Source: Phyllobates terribilis
Taxonomy: Eukaryota
Direction of reading: 5' to 3'
Assembly (NCBI RefSeq): GCF_046119375.1
Contig: NW_027362768.1
Location: 178,312,001-178,376,000 of the forward strand
DNA length: 64,000 nucleotides
The notes below the pieces were generated by a model. The model was not told the DNA's origin. It ran no database searches and saw only the letters and a program-made list of their open reading frames with translations. Positions 11,730 through 58,100 of the stretch are shown here, one piece after another (the first letter of the stretch is position 1; each line of letters begins with the position of its first letter). The position numbers were made by a program, and so were the translations under genes.

Positions 11730-13690
11730 GTGTGGTTGACTGGCCTGATATTGATGTGAATGGTCCCTGTTCCTCCTGCTCTTTCTCCTTTGCCACCACC
11801 TCATCCATCATTCATCACCTGAAGCTTTGTTTTAACGGGAGTCATAGAACTGGGATAGTAGCAGGAAAACATCCAGCAATCCTCGAAGGAGGTTGGATAT
11901 GCTCCAAAACGCTGACCACCTCAGGCCTAGCCGCTACTATATACATACATATATATATACATGCATTCCAAGGAACAGAAAGCTAAGGAGATGGATGGTC
12001 TCATGATCATGAATAATTTACTCGTTGTGTAGGAGGCCGACCACTGCTGCTGTCTACCTTCTGAACTAAGTGTTGAAGCCTGATTGACCCAGGACCCGCA
12101 ATCCTCTATGTCTGGAGGACGTATTGCATCCCAGTGTCCAACTGTGTCCCGGCTTCCACAATATTAACCCAGTGTGAAGGCATCAGTGAGATGGACCATC
12201 CCTGGCCACATTCACTTGTCCATGTGTTTGTGGTTAGGCTGTCCTTCAAATAGGGGCAGCTGGGGACCGTTTATGGACACCCGGCCGCCGGGCGGCTGGG
12301 GACTGAGTATGGATACCAGGCCGCCGACGCAGCCATGATGTGGTGGCCAGATTCCGCCTCCACATGCCTAAAGGCCCAATTTCAAGTGCAAGCAAGCTAG
12401 CAGTATGGTATTGCAGCCTGGTGGTGGGTGGGTGGCAGGCTGCACACTTACGCTTGCATTCCAAGAAAACAAAGCAGATGCTAACTTCTATCATCATCAT
12501 CATGCTCCTCACCTTCGCACTCTCAACTCCCCTGATGGAGAAGCCAGGGCCCACCGGAGGAGTCTGGTTGTCTGGTGGGCTCGGCCAATGCTGCCCTAAA
12601 GCAGGCCAGGCTAAGAAAAGTGTGGGGAAGGTTACCGGGACAAATAGGGGCGGCTGGGTACAGAGTATGGATACCAGGCCGCCGACGCAGCCATGACGTG
12701 GTGGCCGGCGTCTGCCTCCACAAGCCTAAGAGGCCTCATTTCAAGTGCAAGCAAGCTAGCAGTATGGTATTGCAGCCTGGGGGTGGGTGGCAGGCTGCAC
12801 ACTTACGCTTGCATTCCAAGAAAACAAAGCAGATGCTAACTTCTATCATCATCATCATGCTCCTCACCTTGGCACTCTCAACTCCCCTGATGGAGAAGCC
12901 AGGGCCCATCGGAGGAGTCTGGTTGTCTGGTGGGCTCGGCCAATGCTGCCCTAAAGCAGGCCAGGCTAAGAAAAGGGTGGGGAAGGTTGCCGGGAGAAAT
13001 AGGGGTGGCTGGGGACCGAGTATGGACATCCGGCCACCCCTTGGCGGCTGGGGACCGAGTGTGGACACCCGGCCGCCGGGCAGCTGGGGACTGAGTATGG
13101 ATACCAGGCCGCCGACGCAGCCATGACATGGTGGCCAGCGTCTGCCTCTACAAGCCTAAAAAGCCTCATTTCAAGTGCAAGCAAGCTAGCAGTATGGTAT
13201 TGCAGCCTGGGGGTGGGTGGGTGGCAGGCTGCACACTTACGCCTGCATTCCAAGAAAACAAATCAGATGCTAACTTCTATCATCATCATCATGCTCCTCA
13301 CCTTGGCACTCTCAACTCCCCTGATGGAGAAGCCGGGGCCCACCGGAGGGAGTCTGGTTGTCTGGCGGGCTCGGCCAATGCTGCCCTAAAGCAGGCCAGG
13401 CTAAGAAAAGTGTGGGGAAGGTTACCGGGACAAATAGGGGCGGCTGGGGACCGAGTATGGACACCCGGCCGCCCTCTGGCGGCTGGGGACCAAGCGTGGA
13501 CACCCGGCAGCCGGGCGGCTGGGGACTGAGTATGGATACCAGCACACCGACACAGCCATGACATGGTGGCCAGATTCCGCCTCCACGTGCCTAAAAGGCC
13601 CAATTTCAAGTGCAAGCAAGCAAGTAGTATGGTACTGCAGCCTGGGGGTGGGTGGGTGGCAGGCTGCATACTTGCGCTTGCATTGCAAGG
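11730..13690 (-). pseudogene. Degenerate antisense hAT transposase fragments, including 3-4 tandem copies of a 350-440-bp unit
   Basis: Minus-strand translations TTNTWTSECGQG...HWVNIVEAGTQ (12080-12236) and ECRRKCAACHP...LLALEMRLFRLVE...YSVPS (repeat unit) match segments of the + strand transposase. Confidence 0.8.
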
Positions 13691-14672
13691 AATGGGGGAG
13701 GTACAATTGAACACTGCCCTGGGACAAGGACTTCCACGGGGATAGTTGCAAGTCTGCATCTTCTGATGCGGCAAGGATCACTTCTGATGGGCACACTTTT
13801 AGGAAGTGACCTGGGTATCAGAGATGCTTCCAGGGGTCTTCCCCATGCTGTTCCCATGTCTTTTCAGCACTGTATACATGTGTCACACAGCACATGGCCA
13901 GATAAGGTTGTAAAATGTTAAAATTACATTTCCCGGTGAATGCATTTCTCACGGTTGAAAGCAATACAAAAGTGCAAAAACGCATAAAAAAATGCTACTT
14001 GTGAACATAGCCCAAGGTGTGGAGGAGTATTTTTGTTTTTAGTTATTTATTTTACCTTATACACAAGTCTTTACCCTGGAAAGGAAGTTCCTTAACATAT
14101 TTCACAGGAAAACCGTTTCAGTTTCATTTTTGAACGTTTTATTGTGAGCCCGTAAAAGTGGCTTAATACCTCTGACCACGTTGTTGACAGCAGTGACCTG
14201 GGGGTCAGAAATGCTTCCTGGGGCGATCCCCATGCTGTCCCCATGTCATTTGAACACTGTCCCTACTGTTTTGGGCACTTTTTAGGCTTTCTACAGACTG
14301 CCGGGGGTGCCGCCGCAAAAATGCTCGTGTCTCCCATAGACTAACATTGGGCTCGTTGCTCGGGTCGAGCACCCGAGTATCACGGTGAGCTCGGCCCGAG
14401 CTTCGAGCACCCGAGCATTTTAGTGCTCGCTCAACACTAGTCTCTGCCCCTCTTATAATGCCACTGCTTTATTATGTACATGAAGCTTCTGGGCCACAAT
14501 GCAATATCCGTACCAGACCCCCACAATCTGTGCCTATGTGGCAGAGGGTCATTGGAGCCTCCTCCAGCACCAGGGACGAGGTCCATCTGATGCCTCTGGA
14601 TCCCCCTTTAGATTTTGCATCCCACTAACTACGAGTCAGTAAACTCTGAAACATGTTATTTCCGTGTCGTAG

Positions 14673-49797
<35,125 letters not shown>

Positions 49798-50318
49798 GCG
49801 GATCTGTAAAAAAGTGGAGGGTGAAGACTGATCACATCATCACTTCTATCAAGGTAATCTTGTTTTGAGACTTCAAGGGAGCGTTTTTATTACCTAAATG
49901 CATCACAAAGTAAAGAAACCTTGCAAATTGATAGGTCAGTGCTCGCATTATAGACTATTGGTCTGAACCCTCTGCGTTACAAGAAGTCACTATTAATGAT
50001 GTGCCGCCACCTACTGAAAAATACATGGCATTACACCCAAGTCTGAACATAAAAAGCATAAGGCGGACGGCCAATTCCTTTCTGGAAAGTACCACACTTT
50101 CAAGGAAAAAGAACCATTGCCTCCAGGAGCATAAATCTTTTTTTTGTTCTCTTATACAATTTAGAAATCTCTGAAACAAATATAAGACTGGAAAACAGAT
50201 TCCATATGGGCTGTTTCTGCAACAAGGACAGATTTCTGCAACAGTTGCGTTCACTCAAATGGAGCGTGCCGTAATCACACGTGTAATTTGTCCGCAGATT
50301 GGGAGGAAGATTTTACCA

Positions 50319-50324
50319 AATAAA
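50319..50324 (+). terminator. Candidate polyadenylation signal for il12rb2
   Basis: AATAAA about 520 nt after the stop and before Tc1-d. No transcript evidence. Confidence 0.35.
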
Positions 50325-50566
50325 ATGAACTGCGCGTCTCCTTCAGCGAGTAGCATAGACCTGTGTGTGTTTTGTGCTTTTACTGCTCACTAGACACTAA
50401 AAGGCAAGAAACTGAAACGTCGCTAAAAGGAGTGGTTGTAAAATGCTCCCAAGTGTTTGCAGAAGTAATCTTTTCATTTTGCATAATATATAAGTGCTTC
50501 TCACTAAATTAGAATATCATCAATAAGTTACCTTCAGTTCTTCAATACAAAAAGTGGAACTCCTAT

Positions 50567-52552
50567 ATTATATAGAGTCATTACACACAGAGGGATCTAT
50601 TATATAGAGTCATTACACACAGAGGGATCTATTATATAGAGTCATTACACACAGAGGGAACTATTATATAGAGTCATTACACACAGAGGGATCTATTATA
50701 TAGAGTCATTACACACAGAGGGAACTATTATATAGAGTCATTACACACAGAGGGATCTATTATATAGAGTCATTGCACACAGAGTGATCTATTATATAGA
50801 GTCATTACACACAGAGTGATCTATTATATAGAGTCATTACACACACAGTGATCTATTATATAGAGTCATTACACACACAGTGATCTATTATATAGAGTCA
50901 TTACACACACAGTGATCTTTTATATAGAGTCATTACACACACAGTGATCTATTATATAGAGTCATTACACACAGAGGGATCTATTATATAGAGTCATTAC
51001 ACACAGAGGGATCTATTATATAGAGTCATTACACACAGAGGGATCTATTATATAGAGTCATTACACACAGAGGGATCTATTATATAGAGTCATTACACAC
51101 AGAGGGATCTATTATATAGTCATTACACACACAGTGATCTATTATATAGAGTCATTACACACACAGTGATCTATTATATAGAGTCATTACACACAGAGGG
51201 ATCTATTATATAGAGTCATTACACACACAGTGATCTTTTATATAGAGTCATTACACACACAGTGATCTATTATATAGAGTCATTACACACAGAGTGATCT
51301 ATTATATAGAGCAGAGGTCCCCAACCGCCGGTCCGCGGACCAGGACCGGGCTGTTGGGGTTTTTCAGCCGGTCCGCGGCGCCGCTGACAGCAGAGAACAT
51401 TATGCAGGACGGGGTGGGGCGTCGGGCGGGTCTTAGTGACGCGGCCCTCCTGCACAGCATGGTGTGTTCCTGACGGGGTGGGGCGGCAGGCTCTCCTCAC
51501 TGACACGCCCCCGGCAGAACATGTTATGTGGGGCGTGCTGGGGCAGCAGACTGGCTTCAGTGACGCGGCTCCCGGTACCGGTGTTCAGTGTGTAGCGCTG
51601 CTAAGCAGCAGCGCTGTATACACTGACGCTCAATGTACAATGCTGCTACTTAGCAGCGCTGTACACCGAGGTCCCGCCAGCATCCTCCCCATACAGCTCC
51701 ACCCCTCCATAACCCCACCCCCATATGACCAAAGCCCCGCCCCCACCCCCACCGGGCCATGGAAAACTGGTCTTCCTCATAGCCGGTCCCTGGTGCAAAA
51801 AAGGTTGGGGACCTCTGATATAGAGTCATTACACACAGAGGGATCTATTATATAGAGACATTACACACAGAGTGATCTATTATATAGAGTCATTACACGC
51901 ACAGTGATCTATTATATAGCGTCATTACACGCAGAGGGATCTATTATATAGAGTCATTACACACAGAGGGATCTATTATATAGAGTCATTACACACAGAG
52001 GGATCTATTATATAGAGACATTACACACAGAGTGATCTATTATATAGAGTCATTACACGCACAGTGATCTATTATATAGCGTCATTACACGCAGAGGGAT
52101 CTATTATATAGAGTCATTACACACAGAGGGATCTATTATATAGAGTCATTACACACAGAGGGATCTATTATATAGAGTCATTACACACAGAGGGATCCAT
52201 TATATAGAGTCATTACACGCAGAGGGATCCATTATATAGAGTCATTACACGCAGAGGGATCCATTATATAGAGTCATTACACGCAGAGGGATCCATTATA
52301 TAGAGTCATTACACGCAGAGGGATCCATTATATAGAGTCATTACACGCAGAGGGATCCATTATATAGAGTCATTACACGCAGAGGGATCCATTATATAGA
52401 GTCATTACACACAGAGGGATCCATTATATAGAGTCATTACACACAGAGGGATCCATTATATAGAGTCATTACACACAGAGGGATCCATTATATAAAGTCA
52501 TTACACACAGAGTGATCTATTATATAGAGTCATTACACGCAGAGTGATCTAT
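50567..52552. repeat. 32-bp minisatellite (about 45 units), split by a hAT MITE
   Basis: Unit tatatagagtcattacacacagagggatctat. Confidence 0.95.
51312..51817. mobile_element. Non-autonomous hAT element (MITE), 506 bp
   Basis: 15-bp perfect TIR CAGAGGTCCCCAACC and 8-bp TSD ATATAGAG (51304-51311 / 51818-51825). Confidence 0.93.
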
Positions 52553-53839
52553 TTCAAGTGTTTATTTCTGTTAATGTTGATGATTATGGCTTACAGCCAA
52601 TGAAAACACAAAAGTCATTATCTCAGTATATTAGAATACTTTATAACAACAGCTTGAAAAGTATGTTTTTAAAATCCGATATGTTGTCCTAGTGAAATGT
52701 CTGTTCAGTGTCTGCCCTCAATACTTGGTCGGGCTCCTTTTGCATCAATTCCTGCATCAATGCGGCAATGTGGCATGGAGGGATCAGCCTGTGGCATGGA
52801 GGGATCAGCCTGTGGCACTGCTGAGGGGTTATGGAAGCCCAGGTTGCTTTGATAGCAGCCTTCAGCTCATCTGCATTGTTGGGTCTGGGGTCTCATCTTC
52901 CTCTTGACAATACCCCATAGATTCTCTATAATAGATTCTCTATGGGGTTAAGGTCAGGCGAGTTTTCTGCCAATCAAGCACAGTGATACTGTTGTGTGTG
53001 AACCAGGTATTGGTACTTTTGGCAGTGTGGACAGGGGCCAAGTCCTGCTGGAGAATAACATTTCCATCTCCAAAAAGCTTGTCGGCAGAGGGAAGCATGA
53101 AGTGCTGTAAAATGTCCTGGTAGACGGCTGCACTGACTTTGGTCTTGATAAAACACAGTGGACCTCCACCAGCAGATGACATGGCCCCCAAACCATCACT
53201 GATTGTGGAAACTTCACACTAGACCTCCAGCAGCTTGGATTGTGGCCTCTCCACTCTTCCTCCAGACTCTGGGACCTTGATTTCCAAATGAAATGCAAAA
53301 TTTACTTTCATCTGAAAACAACACCTTGGACCACTGAGAACAGTCCAGGTCTTTTTCTCCTTGGCCCAGGTAAGACGCTTCTGGCATTGTCTATTGGTCA
53401 TGAGTGGCTTGACACAAGGAATGTGACACTTGTAGCCCATGTCCTGGATACGTCTGTGTGTGGTGGCTCTTGAAGCAATGACTCCAGCAGCAGTCCACTC
53501 CTTGTGAATCTCCCACAAATTTTTGAATGGCCTTTTCGTAACAATCCTTTCCAGGCTGCGATTATCCCGGTTGCTTGTGCACCTTTTTCTAACACACTTT
53601 TTCCTTCCACTCAACTTTCCATTAATATGCTTGGATACAGCACTCTGCGAACAGCCGGCTTCTTAAGCAATGACCTTTTGTGGCTTACCCTCCTTGTGGA
53701 GTGTGTCAATGACTGCCTTCTGGACATCTGTCTAGTCAGCAGTCTTCCCCATGATTGTGGAGCCTACTGAAACAGACTGAGGGACCTTTTTTTTTTTTTT
53801 TAAACACTTCAGAAGCCTTTGCAGGTGTTTTTTGTTAAA

Positions 53840-53952
53840 AGGGAATCTGTCCCCCCCTGGCACTCATCAGACCTCTAATATGATGCATACAGGTAGGTAT
53901 AGATTCACATTTCTATCACCTGTATGCCCATATTAGAGGTGCCAGATTCCCT
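53840..53952. mobile_element. Short T2/Kolobok-type MITE in Tc1-d
   Basis: AGGGAATCTG...CAGATTCCCT TTAA ends. Confidence 0.6.
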
Positions 53953-54482
53953 TTAATTATTCTAATTTACTGAGATAATGACTTTTGTGTTTTCATTGGC
54001 TGTAAGCCATAATCATCAACATTAACAGAAATAAACACTTGAAATAGATCACTGTTTGTAATGACTCTATATAATGTATGTTTCACTTTTTGTATTGAAA
54101 AACTGAAATTAACTTTTTGATATTCTAATTTAGTGAGAAGCACTTGTACATAATAAACCAATCAAGCAGAGAGTAACAAATCTAACAAAATAGACCATAT
54201 TTATAATAAGAGTGCATCATGTGATAAATTTAGTGCAGCTTTCAAAGTCAGAGGCTTAAAGGCAAGGGCCATTTTTGACATTGAATTTTTTTTTGCCATT
54301 ATTTACTAAAAAGTAACCAGCAAGTTTCCGTCTGTTTTTCATTTTCAGACCCGAATATGCAGTTTGAAACCTGATTCACGTTTCAGATTTTTTTTTTGTG
54401 GGAGTGCCTCTCTCAGTAATATAGGCTGAATGTGAGCTTTGCCTTAGCTCATATCAACAGCCAACTTCAACCCTGGAGTTAA

Positions 54483-54762
54483 AGGGACTATGTCAGCACC
54501 AAATGACTGCTGAAACAAAGTACAGGCACTCGGTGCTTCACAGCGGCCAATCATTTAAATACATCTTCCCACCTGCTTGGTTTTCATCTACCTTCACCCT
54601 TCTCTGGCCCTATGAAGCCAGAGCTGTCAATCAAAGAGGGGGAGATGGAGATAGAAAGAAAACAAGCAGGCGGGAAGGTGTATTTAAATAACTGGCCTCG
54701 TCGTGAAGCACCGAGCGGCAGGACTTTGATATAACAGTCATTCTGTGCTGACAAGAGTCCCT
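54483..54762. mobile_element. T2/Kolobok-type MITE
   Basis: TTAA AGGGACT..TGTCAGCAC..AATGACTG and its inverse ending CCCT TTAA. Confidence 0.75.
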
Positions 54763-55123
54763 TTAAATAATTTGAAGGGGAATTCCTTCTTTTCTACAGC
54801 CCGTTTTCTCTGCCCTCCACGACTTTATATGCTTTCTTCTTCTCATTGCTGCCAGTTACCGACTCAGTTCCCATCATGTTTGCTATTTAAGCAAAGTGAA
54901 TGCAATTTCATGAAAATCCATACCTACTGTCCATTTAACCCCTCAAGGACCTATGATGTATTATTTAGTCATTGCTCTTTGCCTGGCTTCATCCATGGCA
55001 GATGCAGAGATTAGATTGGTGCAAAGTTAACCATGTAAATGCCACTGTAAATCTGCCAACAGCATTTAACACTATTAAAAAAAAAAAAAAAAAAACTTAT
55101 AGGTATCGTAAATGAAACAAAAA

Positions 55124-58100
55124 GGAGATTTTTGTGTACTCACCGTAAAATCTTTCTCTTAGCCTCTAATTGGGGGACACAGGACCATGGGTGTTATGCT
55201 GCTGTCCACTAGGAGGTGACACTATGCATAATCTGAAAAAGATTAACCGTGGCTCCTCCTCTGCAGTATACACCCCTGGACGGCGTCAGCCTTCTCCAGT
55301 TTTGTGCAAAAGCATTAGGAGGAACATAACATGGATAAGAAGGCAACTATGTACGAGCTCAAGAAAACAATATGAGAACTCAACATAACAACGGCCCAGA
55401 ACGGGCGACAGGGTGGGAGCTGTGTCCTCCAAATAGAGGCTAAGAGAAAGATTTTACGGTGACCACAAAAATCTCCTTTACTCTGTCGCCTCATTGGGGG
55501 ACACAGGACCATGGGACGTCCCAAAGCAGTCCCTGGGTGGAAAGCAATGGACGAATATTGTGTAGGCGGGCCCCTACAATTGGGGTACCGCTGCCTGCAG
55601 AACACATCTACCCAGGCTCGCGTCTGCTGAGGACTGGGTATGAACCCTGTAGTGTTTGGTAAACGTGTGTAGGCTAGTCCAGGTGGCTGCCTTACACACT
55701 TGTTGTGTCGAAGCCTGGTGCCGAATGGCCCAGGAGGCCCCTACCGCACGTGTAGAGTGTGCCGTAATACCTGCTGGAAGAGGAGAATTTTTGAGGCAGT
55801 AGGCCTCTTGTATGGTGGATTTGATCCACCTGGCAAGGGTAGCTTTGGAAGCTGGTAGACCCATGTGTGAAGGGAGGGAATGTACGGGTGCCGTCATGGG
55901 TTCCGAGAAATCCCGTTACCGGTAAGTAACTACGTCTTTCTCTTTCCCCATGACGGCACCACGGAGAGATTTGCAGAGAAGTGTAGATTAGGGAGGGCCA
56001 CCACTTCCAGAACCCTTCTGCCAAAGGTAAGGTCTGAAGACGAGGTTAGATCTAGCCGGTAGTGTTTAAAGAATGTGGAAGGAGAAGACCAGGTCGCCGC
56101 TCTACATATCTGTTCGATAGAAGCCCCAGCCCTCTCCGCCCAGGAGGCTGCCACTGCCCTAGTCGAGTGAGCCTTTAGGCCCGCAGGCGCGGTTTCCCCG
56201 CTTGAGGAGTAAGCCAGGGAGATGGCGTCCCTTATCCACCTTGCCAGGGTGCTCTTGGAAGCCTTCCGTCCCTTCCGAGATCCCTGGAAGCACACAAAGA
56301 GACCTATCCTTCCTACACTCTCGTGTGGCCTCTAAGTATTGTATAATGCACCTCCTGACGTCTAAGGTGTGAAGGGCCTCTTCCTCCTTGTTTTTTGGGT
56401 CTGAACAAAAGGAAGGGAGGGTGACCTCCTGTGACCTGTGGAAGAGGGATCCCCCCTTAGGAAGTCCTAAGTGTCACCCCATCTTCTAGGATTTGCGTAA
56501 AGGGGGGCCCTGCTGATAAGGCTTGTATGTCACTAATCTGACGTGCCGATGTGAGGGCTACTAGAAGGGACGTCTTAAGGGACAGGATTTTAAGAGACGC
56601 GTCCGCTAGAGGTTCAAAGGGACACCTGGTCAGAGCTGAAAGCACAAGATTTAAGTCCCAAGGAGGAGAATTCCGGGAAGGGATGGGCTTGGACCTATGG
56701 GATGCCCTGATGAACCTGGAGACCCATCTATCCCTAGCCAGGTCGCAGTTATATAGGGCTCCCAGCGCCGCCACCTGAACCTTCAGAGTGCTTGTGGCCA
56801 ACCCCTGCTCCAACCCCTTTTGAAGAAACTCCAAGATAGCAGTAATGGGGGCCGCCCCCACTACTTCCGACCCGGTGAAAGAAAGAAATCTTCTCGAGGT
56901 TTTACCGTAGAGTTTGGTAGTTACGGGTTTCCTACTCTGCAGTAAGGTGGAGATTAAATTGGGGGAGAACCCTCTATCCCTCAAGAGCGCCCTCTCAAAC
57001 TCCAAGCTGTCAGGTGCAGGTTTGCTACCTGTGGGTGAAGGACTGTTCCCTGGGACAGCAGATCCGGAACTTACGGAAGGACCCAGGGGTCGGAGGTGGA
57101 CATTATCCTTAGCCAGGAAAACCAAGGCCTCCTTGGCCAGAAGGGGGCGATCAGGATCATGTTTGCCTCGTCTTCCCTGATCTTCCTCAGAACTGCCGGA
57201 ATGAGAGTAATCGGAGGAAAGGCATATGCTAGCTGGTGGTTCCATGGGATCGATCGAGCAGAACGTGTCCACTTTTTTGTTTTGCGAGTCTATGGACGGG
57301 TGCCCCCAAACCCTCGTGATTTTGTCTAACACTAGCTGGTTCAGCTCCCACTCACCCTGTCTCAGCTGGGTCCTGCTCAGGAAGTCCACTGTGACATTCT
57401 CTGTCCCTTTTATGTGGAGTGCCGATAGAGACTCTAGATTGTTCTCTGCTACCCGGAAGATGGAACTTGACACCCGTAAAAGAGAATGGGACCGGGTACC
57501 CCCCTGGCGATTTAGGTATGCCACCACTACCCTGTTGTCCGAAAACACTCTCACGTGGTGCCCTCTTAGCGTGTCTAGAAATTCTAAGAGGCCATACTTC
57601 ACTGCCACAAGTTCCTTCATGTTGGGAGGATACCCCTTCCAAATCCTTCGACCAGACCCCCTGAGCCACTTAGTCGTTTAGATGAGCCCCCCACCCCCTG
57701 GGGCTTGCATTCGTCGTTAGTATCTGAGATACTGGTATTGTCCATGGGACGCCTCTGCCTAGATTGTCCCCCTCTGTCCACCACGTCAGGGAAAGCAAAG
57801 TTTTTGATAAGGTCAGCCGACCTTCCAAGTGCCCTCTTAGTGACCTTTCCGCCCCCAAGATCTCCCATTGTAAGCCCCTGGTGTGCAACTGAGCCCAGCG
57901 GACCCCCGGGATGCAGGCAGTCATGGAGCCGAGGAGGGACATTGCTCCCCTCAGTGTCATATCGGGATGGTTCTTCACATAGGACACTCGGACCATCATG
58001 CTTTGGATTTTCTCTGCCGGGAGACTGCATTCCTGACTCCTTGAATCTAACAGGATACCCAGGTACTCTTGCACTTGATCTGATTCCAGCCTGGATTTTT

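Larger units (their letters stand above)
4399..14439 (+). mobile_element. Complete hAT DNA transposon (hAT-2), about 10 kb
   Basis: 16-bp perfect TIRs TAGTGTTGAGCGAGCA at 4399-4414 and 14424-14439. 8-bp TSD GTCTCGGC (4391-4398) / GTCTCTGC (14440-14447), one mismatch. Confidence 0.95.
50491..54146 (-). mobile_element. Tc1 transposon (Tc1-d), with one TIR expanded by a minisatellite
   Basis: Inverted termini (T/C)AAGTGCTTCTCACTAAATTAGAATATCA with TA flanks. Transposase fragments 53219-53614 and 52940-53298 (FQMKVNF/SDESKF region, QQDLAPVH). Confidence 0.88.

Noticed and set aside
12340-13389. Plus-strand repeated ORF with a signal-peptide-like start (MLTSIIIIMLLTFALSTPLMEKPG...CCPK), superficially a secreted peptide precursor
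   Set aside because: The hydrophobic stretch is the antisense of the transposase DDAIISVSI region, and the third copy is frameshifted. There is no typical frog prepro acidic spacer or KR site. Transcript evidence would be needed to revive it.
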